From assembly GCF_040938485.1 (NCBI RefSeq), contig NW_027270904.1, positions 3,286,001-3,350,000 on the forward strand: a DNA stretch of 64,000 bases, given 5' to 3'. Made by a program: the position numbers and the translations under genes. The stretch's first letter is position 1. Every line of letters begins with the position of its first letter. The notes below the pieces were generated by a model. It searched no databases. It saw only the letters and a program-made list of their open reading frames with translations, and was not told where the DNA came from. Shown here piece by piece: positions 51,746-64,000 of the stretch. Origin of the DNA: Diadema antillarum (taxonomy: Eukaryota).

Positions 51746-51935
51746 AGTCAAAGTATCAGTGGAGAGTATGAGGCATCATAATGTTTATGTCTCCTCACTT
51801 TGTTGTTTATGAGAAGCAATAAAGTTGATAGGGGAGGAGGTAAAGTGGGTGCACAAAAAAAAAATCATGTAACTAAGAAAATATAAGAACATGTCATAAG
51901 AAAGAATATAAAAGTGTACGTGATACATAAAAATG

Positions 51936-52148
51936 TACTGTAAAAGTGGATATTTTCGCGCAACTAATTTTTTGCACTTGGCCAGGTAAAAAGAGTTTCA
52001 CGTGTTTTCAATTCCGCGGAATCAAGATATCACGCACAGGAACATATGGCAAGCAAAAATATTCGCGTGCTTTCATTTTTGCGCTGGTTTCTGGTTGCGC
52101 GAAATGCGTGAAAATTTCAACACCGCGAAAATTTCCACTTTTACAGTA
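51936..52148. mobile_element. TACTGTA MITE, subfamily B; reversed copies at 43993-44206 and about 61836-62040
   Basis: TACTGTAAAAGTGGATATTTTCGCG...TCCACTTTTACAGTA. Confidence 0.85.
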
Positions 52149-52794
52149 CTTTGATCAAACAATTACAGAACTTGTGACTGTACACCTACATTGTACACCG
52201 GTACATAGGATTGTACAGTGTACCGTCGTACTCTACAGTTGTGCTCCCATCAGCAGAAGTGAACACACATTTGTACTTAAATAGATGTACAAAGTTCTAG
52301 ATTAGATCAAGGGACCTGTAAAGGCCTCTTGTACATGTAGCTAGTTGTACAACATATACATAAATGTATACAATATAGACACAATGTATGTATGTGATAC
52401 AAGATGGAAACTTGAATGTACAGTCAAAACCATTATAGAACAAATTGAACATACAACCTGTTTAAGAATGTTTTCATTACTGAGATTACACTCAGGCTTT
52501 TAACAATGTACAAATTATACATGTACAGAATGTGGATATCCTATCTACATGTACCTCTGATTTTTCTTCATCTTCATACACACCCTCACTTTGCAATGCA
52601 ATCTCTATCGGTGTTATCCCATATTCCAGGGAGCCTTGTTTCAATGAAATGCTTGCCACGTACAACATCTTCAGCAACATTTATCAAATGAATATAGCTG
52701 ACATTCTCTTAATGAATTTGCATATTGCATGATGAGATGAAGCATGAAACAGGTCAAGAAATATTTTCTACAAGATGACGGAACTGGTTACATG

Positions 52795-53001
52795 ACATTT
52801 GCTCCTGCGACATTTGCTCCCATGAAATATCTGCACGCTAAAGCCAAACATAAATTCTATTAACCACAAAGAAACATAACCCTAACCCTAATCCTAATCC
52901 TCACATCAAACTATAAACCTAAAACCCTATAACAACCCTAACCCTACATGTAAGTCCTTGGAGAAAAAAAGACCGGAGCAGTTGTCGCAGGAGCAAAATG
53001 T
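52795..53001. mobile_element. TIR element containing (CCCTAA)-like repeats
   Basis: ACATTTGCTCCTGCGACA / TGTCGCAGGAGCAAAATGT; CCCTAACCCTAATCCTAA at 52878-52946. Confidence 0.6.
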
Positions 53002-56000
53002 TGTGTCATCAACAGAGCTACTGCCATGTTCACTGAATCTGACAAGGGAAATAAACATCAGTGTTAAGACAACTTTTGTGAAATCCAAGGGGTGTGTTTA
53101 TTCAACTTCTTTTGAGGTACACCATATAACACACTGTAATAATCACCAATATTTGAGGCATATTCCGGCAAACAGAGAAATGCAATGGTGCTTTCAATCA
53201 TGATTAGAAATGTTGATTTAAAATGAAAAAGAAAGAGCAATTTTGAATGCTTTTGAGCCACAAATGCCTTTTGTGAAGTAGATATCAGAATTTCAAGCAA
53301 AGCCACTTTGAAACATACATGTATATCGCGAGCCTTGTACATGAAATCTAATTCATGGGTCAAACAGGACAAAGCAGCTGGGCAGTGACAACTCCAAAAT
53401 TGTTATTATTTATACATTCACTTGTAGGACTCAAACAAGGCATCCCGAGAAATGCATGTCCAACCACTATTCATACACACCTTTCGAAATGCTTTTTGAA
53501 CATGGCTCTATCTTTCAAACATAAACACAGCCAAGGTGTGTATTGTCCAGGGTATTAATACACTTGTAACCCACTTGCCTGGTGGTGCAAAAACTCAATT
53601 CTTGGCAGGTAAAATGGACAGGCATGTGCCTGTCTAGGCCACTTGGATATGTGTGAGAATTCTTTTTTTGTACAAGATGCCCTGCTATGGTTGATATTTC
53701 ATGTGCTGGTACAGTGTAATGTACAACAGTCTGCAAATACTGATTGCCAGAATTTGCTCAAGTCCCCCTATCACATGACTTTATCACCATGTGTTGCCAT
53801 GTGCAATTACAAGTGTAAAGAAAAAAATCATCCCCAAATGTTGTAATAATGCTACTGGCAGTACCAGGCAATGGTAGCACATGTTTGAAATGCAACATTG
53901 TAGATGTCACACACTGTTTCTTCCCACAGTGTAATATCCCCTTCTTGTTGCTCAAACATGCAAAACACTGAATAGAGTAGGGCCTATAATAAACAAAATT
54001 GTAGTTTACACTGGAATAACCCAGGCACAGACATGACCAGAAACATCTCATTTTGAGCATAAAACTGGGGTCCGAGAGTTTTATATAGTCCTTAATATAT
54101 ATATTTGACATATAATACCTTCATATGTACATCGCACAATGCTGTAGAGAGTACATCTGTTACTGAGATAAGTTTTGGCAAGCATGTATTATTATTATTC
54201 TCAATGACTTCTCAAGAGTTTAGGTCAAGGGCTCTGCTGATATCCTAGAAATGACTTTTCTTTTTTCTTTCTTTCTTTTTTTTTGGGGGGGGGGGGTGAT
54301 ATACATGTATTGTATGTAATGTTTTATCTTGACAGTTCTATGAATTGGTGTATAGTTCCAAATTGGAGAGGACTGCAGATGGAATTCAACAACACTTTAA
54401 AAAAAAATGAACAAATTGTCTAACTTCCCCAAACTTTCCCCAGAATGTTTGCCTCATCTTTCATTATTCACTGAATGCTCACTTATTTGGGGGAGATGTT
54501 CCCTTCATGAGGTAAAGCTCTTAAGGATATCACTGAATTAAAAGAGAGTATGACAATAAATACAATGTACTGTAAATTTATACAATTGTGTGATCGCTAC
54601 ATATTCCAATGACACAGCAGTCCCTCAAGGACAGATTGCCCAACATACACATACTGATTGTGTATGATATCACGAAGAATATGCCAATCACAATGACCTT
54701 GTCAATCTGTGCATCAAACAGCTTCCCATGATGTGTACATGTTATCAATTCAGAGAATATACAGAAGGTACAAATAGTGAGTCAATAACACTTCAGCTTT
54801 CCTACGATGTTTGGTTATCTCATATCATAGTCCAGTTATGACACACTATAAAGAAACAAGAGTACTGCAACATACAGTGTACATGCACAGCAGCGGTTGT
54901 CATTGTATAGTGAAATATGTCTCCATGCTAAGATATTTCTGGACATGGTTACTACACATGTACCTTTGCTACTCTTTTCCATCAAAATATTTGAATAAGC
55001 CTTCTAGAAGTCCCTATTCATGAATTTAACATGATGCAAACGGTATGCACTTTAAGTGTTCACAAAGCACAAGGATAGGTGCATACAAACATCGGGCTTG
55101 TTCACGGTGGAAAGTAGCACCTCTAGTTCGCAGCAGCCATGGAACAGATCCTTAGGATAAATGTGAACCATGAGGCCTTCAACTAGTAAAATCCCACAGA
55201 TCAACCATGCCCCATCAATATGACAAAAAGAATATAAGCTCTGACAGTTAACAAAATTAAACAAATGTGTCAATGTGATACACATCAACCATTTTTTTTT
55301 TCAATTCAAACATATGAAATTCCATGCACTGATATGTACATTTCTGTACATGTCTCCAAGGAGAATTTTTAATAGCGAGTAATTCTACAGGAGATCATTA
55401 TTTATTACCCTTTTCGCAACTGAAGATTCTGTACGTATACATAATGGCCTATGGTTCAATGGAAAGCATAGCAATATTACTCTCATTTTGACAACATTCT
55501 AAATGATGTTAAATAGCTCACTGCATGTTTATATTGCCTTTAAGTTACGTTTATTTGAAAGCCTAAGGCTTTACCAAGAGAATGGTGTGTCACGGACATA
55601 ATTCTGACATACATTTGTAGACCTTTGACCCTTTTCAAACTATATAATCATAAATAAAACAAAAAAATGGTAAAGCATAAAATGGACAGGTGGTTTCAGG
55701 CATCTTAGGGAGTAATAAGATTGGCGGTGCTTGGGGTTTCATTGACTAATTATGGGTTAAACAAGGAATCTATAGTTGGGTGCTGTATAACCTTTTTTTT
55801 TTTTACCACTTCCTCAGTCAGGGAAGCAGATTTTCAAATTGTTGCACAACACTTGCCCAAACATAAACTTTACTTACTCGAAAAGAAAGTCCAAAAATAT
55901 AAGAAAATGATATAGAAATTCACACGTACAATTGTAAGTCAAGGGCTTAATGAAACACAACCATTTGAATAAACAGTACAAACATGTTGATTTGCATGCT

Positions 56001-56496
56001 TAAACACATTGGAGTAACAAACTTGGTTCGATGAAGTGTTGGCACTGTACTACACTGGAGCTTCTTCATGAAAGTGTTGGAAAGTTGCTGAAATGAAATC
56101 AAAGTGTGTTGCATCACTACAGAGTCACTATCTAAAATTATCAGTCACAGAGTCATTATCTTTGGGCCTCTGTATGGTTGACATATAGTATATCAATGTC
56201 TTGCCATGTGCTGCTAAGACCAGATAACATACACACTCTTGTGGGTAGAGCTAGGAAACCTGCAAACCGCTTGCCTTCATCAAGATGGTGAAAGCACAGT
56301 ATTATCCCAGACACTGCATGTGATCAGGCATTTCATCCCATTTCACAATTAGTATGAGAATTGATAATAAAAAGACAAAGATACATATCTTTCATTTTTT
56401 ATAGTTCCACAGCTTAGCAAGGTATGGTATAGTTTTAGTTGAGGTATGGATTCAGGTTTTAACTTTTTGCCTAATAATATAGAAACTACTCATATA

Positions 56497-57928
56497 GTCC
56501 ATGGGCCAGGCTAGATATTGGTACCACCTGAGGTGGCAAAACCTTTTTGGTGTCATTTTGTTTGTCGGGCATAGATATGCTTATCAAGCTATGATAGCAT
56601 TTCCAAATGAGTAGCTTAGTCATAATAAATGAATTTTTAACCAATTTGGTCTCGTTGTTATATCCCAATACTTCTGAATCGAAACTAACCGCTATACAAA
56701 GAAGAACACTGTCTTCTGTATGTTCCATAGGGCTGTAAAATGCAGCTCTATGGTATGTTCACAGGTGTTCTGTTGTAAACACGGTGCGCTTAGTCTTTAT
56801 TCAAGGCAGCGAAGGGAATATCCAAAGGTTATGATGTCCACAGTGCCTACAACGTCTTTATTCTAGACGGCGAAGGGAATATCCAAAGCTTATGATACAG
56901 TGTATATCCTTTTATCTAAAAACAACAACAACAACAAATCAATTCCTCGTGAATTTTACCGTATTTTTCAATTATTTATCATTTTCTGGCGAAACTGCTA
57001 CGGTGAAAACGCTAACACCACGCCAATGTCGCTTTATTTCCATCCAACAATAAAAGATAATGCAAAACAATGTACCGGTACACTACAATACATTATAATG
57101 AATAATATTGTAAATGAACAGAGTGATTTTTGTTTAAAACTGATGCATTTGTTGAGAGGGTAGTATAAAAACAGTATAGATAATCCCTTTTATGAGGAAC
57201 TTTAGATATGATAACGGTACATTGGTCTAGATAAAGACTAAGCGCACCGCGTGACAGCTGTGGACATCATAACCCTTTGGATATTCCCTTCGCTGCCTTG
57301 CATAAAGACTAAGCGCACTGCGTTTACAACATTAATCATGAGCATCGGTCGAGCCCCTCTCGTGTATTGGAGTGGCCTAGGCAGGCGGACAGCCAACACA
57401 GCCCCTCCTTGCTGAGAAGTCTGCTCAAGGTACCGAGCCGGGCTGGCCAGAAAATACGATCGTCGATTGGGCAGCTCGAACCGAGGCCAGTGAGGGAGAT
57501 TTCATTTTGATATAATGTATTATTTTGAATTATTGATCAATAAAAGGAAAATAATACAGGGTAAAATTTGAAAAATTTAAAGTGATTTTATGAATATTGA
57601 TTTGGTGTAAATATTCCTTGAGGAATGATAAATGCCAAATAAATTCAAATAACAACAACAACAACAACAACAACAGAACACCAGTGGACATACAGAAGAC
57701 AGTGCTCTTCTGTATATACTGTAGCGGTTAGTTTCGATTCAGAAGTATAGGGATATAAAAACGAGACCAAATTGGTTAAAAAATCATTTATTATGACTAA
57801 GCTACTCATTTGGAAATGCTATCATAGCTTGATAAGCATATCTATGCCCGACAATAAACTGACACCAAAAAGGTTTTGCCACCTCAAGTGGTACCAACAA
57901 CCCATTTTTCGGGTCTTGGCCCATGGAC
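56497..57928. mobile_element. Large foldback element with long imperfect inverted arms, TA-flanked
   Basis: TA|GTCCATGGGCCA...TGGCCCATGGAC|TA; ORFs 56486(-) and 57772(+) share FIMTKLLIWKCYHSLISISMPD. Confidence 0.75.
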
Positions 57929-58363
57929 TAATATATGAAATACTATTTGGGATTAAAAGTTACTTTGAATAATTGATGAAAATTGGTTTTGAAAAGACCG
58001 GGATTTCCATATTAAACAAAGTAAAAGAAAGTGGTCCTAATAAAAGGTGGGGTACCATTGAATATGACCCCCTTCCATATATCCCACAGCCCCACAGCCC
58101 CCCCCCCCCCTTGGTTTTAGGGTTAGAATGTACAGAATAAAGAGCAATATCAGATCAATTTCAAATATGCAGGGAACATAAGAAACTTCCCATATGTTCT
58201 ACAGATCATACTAACTAAGATGACTTTTTACTGTCCCAGCAGAATTATGACAGGAGATTGATTGCCAAAGTCAGGGAAGGATCAGACCTTCTGTTAAAAG
58301 GGTCTCAGACATCAGGTATTACCTGTTTGTTTGTTTGTTTGTTTGTTTGTTTGTTTTTTTTTT

Positions 58364-60243
58364 ATTGAGTCGATCTTCGCTCACTGCCCTGAGCAGTAGG
58401 CTCAAAAACCGGGACTACATAATGTACTGTATCACAGCAGGACTGCTACAAGAGAACTGCCTGTCAGCGAATATGTGCACTGCAGTGTATGCTCATTGGT
58501 AACTGTCAACTCTAGTCGAGCGAGATTCTTTGGCTGTGTGTGTGCTTCATATGAAGCTGTATGTACACAAATCATTATACAGGGATTATGAGCCAAGTGC
58601 AATTACATTTGTATACATGTACATGATCAAGATGTGTACATATAAAGCCCGCCGCACACTATACGACTATACAACCTTAGGACCAAAAGACCCAGTCGTA
58701 CGACCTGCCAAGGCACATTATACGACCTGACTTCACGAGTAGGCTTACGACTGTTCTGTCTTCAGTACATTTTACCAATGAGTATTAATAGCGTGCGCAT
58801 ACATTTTACTGTATTGTCAATGGCTGAAAGCCCACTACCGCTTGTAGAAATTCGAGATGTCAAATCTCTACGACTGGCACTAAGACCCAGTCGTACGACT
58901 GGAAACTGGCAAGACTGTGACGTCACACTTCCGGTCTTAAGGTCGTATGACCGGTCGGATCGTATAGTGTGCGGCGGGCTTAACCCTAATCCCACAGGGT
59001 TTTTTGAGGGACTTGAAACCACCGGGGGGGGCTTTTTGGCCCCCACCCCCCCTTCAGATCTCGGTCGTGGATCGCGCGATCCTTGCAAAAATTTGCACTA
59101 AGGTAGAGGCCAATGTAATCTACAAGACTGTAGAGTTAGATTTTTCAAATTTTAATTTATGTATTTTATATCAATTAATCTATGCCAATTTATGCAAAAA
59201 TAAATTTTTGCCTATAAATAAAAAAATGAAGCCCCAAGACTTCTAATTTTTGGTGAACATATTCTTTTCAACAATACAGTAAAATGTATGCGCACGCTAT
59301 TAATACTCATTGGTAAAATGTACTGAAGACAGAACATTGAGTTGATCTTCGCTCACTGCCCTGAGCAGTAGGCTCAAAAACCGGGACTACATAATGTACT
59401 GTATCACAGCAGGACTGCTACAAGAGAACTGCCTGTCAGCGAATATGTGCACTGCAGTGTATGCTCATTGGTAACTGTCAACTCTAGTCGAGCGAGATTC
59501 TTTGGCTGTGTGTGTGCTTCATATGAAGCTGTATGTACACAAATCATTATACAGGGATTATGAGCCAAGTGCAATTACATTTGTATACATGTACATGATC
59601 AAGATGTGTACATATAAAGCCCGCCGCACACTATACGACTATACAACCTTAGGACCAAAAGACCCAGTCGTACGACCTGCCAAGGCACATTATACGACCT
59701 GACTTCACGAGTAGGCTTACGACTGTTCTGTCTTCAGTACATTTTACCAATGAGTATTAATAGCGTGCGCATACATTTTACTGTATTGTCAATGGCTGAA
59801 AGCCCACTACCGCTTGTAGAAATTCGAGATGTCAAATCTCTACGACTGGCACTAAGACCCAGTCGTACGACTGGAAACTGGCAAGACTGTGACGTCACAC
59901 TTCCGGTCTTAAGGTCGTATGACCGGTCGGATCGTATAGTGTGCGGCGGGCTTAACCCTAATCCCACAGGGTTTTTTGAGGGACTTGAAACCACCGGGGG
60001 GGGCTTTTTGGCCCCCACCCCCCCTTCAGATCTCGGTCGTGGATCGCGCGATCCTTGCAAAAATTTGCACTAAGGTAGAGGCCAATGTAATCTACAAGAC
60101 TGTAGAGTTAGATTTTTCAAATTTTAATTTATGTATTTTATATCAATTAATCTATGCCAATTTATGCAAAAATAAATTTTTGCCTATAAATAAAAAAATG
60201 AAGCCCCAAGACTTCTAATTTTTGGTGAACATATTCTTTTCAA
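58364..60243 (+). repeat. Near-identical tandem duplication (908-bp unit, 972-bp period)
   Basis: ORF track repeats with a 972 offset (58530/59502, 58762/59734, 59004/59976); copies at 58364-59271 and 59336-60243. Confidence 0.92.
58646..58980. mobile_element. 335-bp Tourist/Harbinger-like MITE, TSD TAA (duplicate at 59618-59952)
   Basis: 22-bp TIR AGCCCGCCGCACACTATACGA; TAA on both sides; internal TACGAC repeats. Confidence 0.8.
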
Positions 60244-60702
60244 TATCCTCAACAATAATATTGAAGCAAAAATTCGGCTTCATAATTATTTCTTATGTAT
60301 TTTATTGTTTATTCAATTTCTTATGTATTTCTTTGTTTTTTACTTTTTGTTTTTGTTTTTGTTTTTTGTCATAAATTTGTCGCAGAAACATTTTAAAGCA
60401 TAATCAGGCTAAAATAAATCATAATCAGCCATTAAAAGTAAAAATATTTATTTTTATATGAATTAATTGCAAAAACACAATTTACATTGGATTTGTACAC
60501 AAAATCATGTATGAGCAATTTTTGGGTCGACAAATTTTTTTCAAAACAGTATGCCCGGGAGCGACAAATTTGGTCTCAAAAGTTGCGAGATACTTGAAAG
60601 AAGAAAGTCATAAAATGTCGCAGCGAGAGCATCACGCGTTGCGGAATAATCACGCGAAACGTCGAGGGGGGGGGGCCAAAATTCCCCCCAGTGGGAATAG
60701 GG
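59956..60702. mobile_element. 747-bp piggyBac-type non-autonomous element (TTAA TSD); truncated copy at 58984-59271
   Basis: TTAA|CCCTAATCCCACAGGG...CCCAGTGGGAATAGGG|TTAA. Confidence 0.8.
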
Positions 60703-62583
60703 TTAAGTCGTCTTTCCCAAGTTTCTCTGAGATTGATGAGTGATACCGAAAACAATTTACACACACTATCAATTAATTTAGATTTTTACCATGAATATGA
60801 CATCACAGTACATGTATAGGCATGGCACACATTTTTTTTAACTTCTTCTATATAAATCTCAATTTTGATTTAGTTAAACACACCACAGAATTTCAGAAAA
60901 TCCCAAAATATATCGCTGTGATAACCGACCAGAATCTGTCCGCCCCAGCCAGAATTCGAACAAGTGCTATGCACATTCAATGTCAATGTGCATACATGTG
61001 CACACGAGCACTAAAAAATGCACCGCAGCATGCCTTGTTGGTGCAAGGTTGCATCAGGAAAGTTGCTGCTCCCGTTGGTCAACAAATTCTGGCAAGTCGG
61101 CACTTGCATTCAATACCTGTACCGAACATTCAGTCAATTGCATCTGCATGTACAGAGATTTTATTTTTCTTTGCGTTTTTGCCGACACCATCACACTCTG
61201 AGCGTGCTAATTATAAGGAAAAATTTTTGCAACAAAATGACATATTTCTTGAATTTTAGTACTTTATCGGCGACCCTAATTCTTCACACTGGACTTAATT
61301 CCCATGCCCTTTTGAAAAATGGTGCCGATTTTGCATATTTGATGATGAAATTTTGGATTTTTGATGGATTTTTGAAGGTGACTAAGGGACTTTTCTGTAG
61401 TAAATGACAGTGCCAGTGTGTGAAATGATGTGATATACGTGTGTTGTGACAACAGAATTTACTGGCTTGTGTACGTTGTGATTAGTGATAAGTGGACGGA
61501 TTCTAGTGGCAGGTGGACGAATACTGGTCGGCTTTTACTCAACCCCTGTGACTGTGTGAGTGTATGTGTTAAATTAGTTGAGAGACATTAGGAAGTCTTT
61601 CCAAGAATAAAAGGAAGAAAGAAGAGAAAGATCAAACAGAAAAAAAAAAATAAGGAAACAAAAGATGCCATGCTGCAGAAATCAACCCCGCTGCTGTACA
61701 TATCATGCGTAAACGCCATTTGGTGGGGCCACATTCAGGAGTATTATACTAAGGAAGAGAGCTCTGCGGCCGTGATGATGTAACGCTGAACGCCACACAG
61801 TAGGGCTGAATTCACGCCTATAACAGGTACTCTAATAGTGGAAATTTTCGCAGTGTTGAAATTTTCACGCATTTTGCGCAACCAGAAACTAGAACGAAAA
61901 TAAAAGCATGCAAATATTTTTGCTTGCCATATGATCCAGTAGTTGACGTCTCAATTCTGCGGTACTAATAACTTGCGAAACTCTTCTTACCAGGCCGACT
62001 GCGAAAAATTAGTTGCGCGAAAATATCCACTTTTACAGTACACCTTACGCCGCCGTAAGTATGATTGAGGGTACCGCCTATCGCCACCCAAGGATCTCTA
62101 GCTCCTTTATTCCACAAGTATAAAGGTCACCAACAATTGAAAGTTTCATTTCAAATATCCCATATACATTCAAAATACTGCAGTTTTGAATCCCATGGCT
62201 GCCCTGTTGATTCTGAATCTCCGTAGTGAAATAACGCTGTTTTAGTGCGTGCGATGCATTGTTAATTCGCACGACTTAAAAGGATGCCTTGAGATTGGCA
62301 CCCCGTCCTCTATAGGTAATACATGTGAATTTCAGTCAAGCGTCGTGTAAGACTAAGAGGATCGAGGATGTGTAATGGAACTGTATTCAGTTTTTGCTAG
62401 TTTATGAGTTTGTTTTTCGTCTCTCTGTTGTTATCATTTTCACAATGCATGGCGCTTACTCCCACGCGTAACTTTTCGTTAGCAATATTCGGCTACAGCC
62501 ATACATTATGTATAGACAGGGTGGCGATGTTAAGGTACACCGTACCCTGCCGATATTCGCAATACGTTACGTGGCACCCTTAC

Positions 62584-62744
62584 CATACAGACAGACAGTC
62601 AACATGACAGTGGTGGTGCTTATTTCGCGAGTATGCTCAAGTCAGCAGAACTGCTGCAACGACAAAGCCAATGTCATGAAGTGCCTGTGCATATTTCCAA
62701 TCGAGCCCCATGTCCATGACCTCATCGTATTTGTACACCGCCAT
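62584..62744 (-). other. Candidate distal first exon: 35-aa uORF (62637-62744) then ATG at 62605 (MLTVCLY|A, phase 1)
   Basis: CpG-richer region, aaaagATGGCG start context, strong gtaagg donor at 62582-62583; phase fits SENP6 exon 48290. Confidence 0.35.
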
Positions 62745-63425
62745 CTTTTCCGAGGCAGGCTTTCTAAAGCTTGCGCTGTGGTGGAGAGAAAAATCTGTCT
62801 GTCTGGAGAAGTTTTTTATAATTTTTTTAATTTTACTTTTTCGGCTCTTCTCAAGGGGATTCCATGAAGCCAGATCCGTGAAGCCAGGATGCAATCTCCA
62901 CGGAACATATCCCCGGCAAGATGCTGACCAATCTTTCGGTCAAGCACTGTGGCTGCGAGCTGCGGTCAGTATGGTTGGACCTACTACTCATCGACCACCT
63001 AATGTTTATTAGCTTGATAAGAATATTTAACACCGAAATTCACGTAAAAAACTTGACCTACGTGATTGAGAAAGTCCAGCTCTATCAAATGCCGTTATTC
63101 CCTTTTCAATTCGAAGTTTCAGTGCAAAAATATCGCCGTCGAACTTGCGTGGCCTCGTTTCAGCTCCCCGCGGTAACGCTCCTTATTGAGATCGACCGCT
63201 GTTTTTGCATTGACAATGCACGCAAACTGAGTTGTATTGAACACTGTGTTGTAAGAAGCTTTTTAGAAACTTCCATAGATATTACATTACGATTCGGTGA
63301 AAATATTGCTTCGAAATTTTGTCCTTGATTAAGACCATTAATGAACAGTGAATTTTCGCGTTTTCCCACACCATCCTCATCAACAGTCAAAGCCAATCCA
63401 TTTTTATGTGCTTTGCGTGCAGTGA

Positions 63426-63515
63426 AGTGCGCCAATTAATACGCCGTCAGTGCGCCAATTCAGTGCGCCGTCAGTGCGTCAGTGCGCCGTTCAGTGCGCC
63501 AATTAATACGCCGTC
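63426..63515 (+). repeat. AGTGCGCC short-repeat cluster
   Basis: Six (C)AGTGCGYC units; 23-bp direct repeat at both ends. Confidence 0.85.
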
Positions 63516-64000
63516 GGTTTAAAAGAGGGTGGTCGATATGTAGTAGGGCTATCACACAGTAGTTAGTACCAGTGGCAGTGCCAGTGCACCCTACAAGTAT
63601 GTCTGGGCCATGTCTAACCCCAGCGCAGGGCGCTGTAACCAGTAACAGCGCCCCGAAGACTTGTATGCAATTTAGTGAAGTAATCAAGTGCACTGCGATG
63701 CTTGCAATCCACTATACAACTCATCGTTCAAAACGACACTTGGATTCGCAACGAAAAGCCACATTAGTCGGGTACCTAAGGGGGGGGGGGGGACACCGTG
63801 CATCCCCCCCAGGACTCCTCGAAACTTACATTTTCAGGATCCTCATGACATACCAAAACATAATCAAGATGTTAACAGGAACGAAAAGTGGCTGTTCTAG
63901 GTGAAATTTAATGTATTCTATTGTTTTTCATAATTTCTTATGTATTTCTTTGTTTTTCAACTTTTTCAACTTTTGCTTTTTCTTTGTTTTTCTATCAGAA

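Noticed and set aside
55052-55250. Possible terminal exon of a third gene
   Set aside because: Peptide unrecognised, part resembles the 47115 palindrome arm, and no linked upstream exons.
56050-56088. Acceptor plus short ORF (TFQHFHEEAPV*) as a last exon
   Set aside because: Good acceptor but no supporting gene model; could arise by chance.
58530-60218. Duplicated ORFs as a gene pair or transposase
   Set aside because: They overlap MITE sequence in several frames; no DDE or other domain motifs.
62584-62744. Selenocysteine readthrough or antizyme-like +1 frameshift at ACT TGA
   Set aside because: Both the 0 and +1 frames stay open for only 53 nt, which is not unusual. There is no CxxU/UxxC context, no identified SECIS, and no similarity to antizyme or its UCC UGA site.

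Overview
Eukaryotic, AT-rich and repeat-dense DNA. The gene content and repeat types suggest a marine invertebrate deuterostome, possibly an echinoderm (inference). No prokaryotic features. Two convergent protein-coding genes can be reconstructed by hand. (1) TTLL2 (tubulin polyglutamylase family): a single-exon CDS at 687-2975 (+). (2) A SENP6-like (SENP6/7 family) SUMO protease on the minus strand: 21 phase-consistent exons from 48290 down to the stop at 16160, about 1300 aa, with His/Asp/Cys catalytic motifs intact. Its first exon is unresolved, with three candidates at 49231-49309, 50951-50982 and 62584-62605. The rest is intron or intergenic DNA full of non-autonomous transposons: TA-, TTAA-, CWG- and TAA-TSD MITEs, foldback elements, two Helentron/HINE-like tandem-repeat elements and tRNA-derived SINEs. 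There is one N-gap at 51615-51745. Most notable observations: (a) a TIR- and TSD-bounded hAT-like element (50474-51440) that encloses a CpG-rich YY1/ETS promoter-like core, an ATG and a splice donor in frame with a SENP6 exon; (b) two Helentron-type elements in SENP6 introns whose repeat units each carry a transcription-factor motif (7x RFX X-box; nuclear-receptor DR1); (c) a 908-bp tandem duplication joined by a 64-bp inverted templated insert, over nested MITEs. All coordinates were read by eye; no searches were run.
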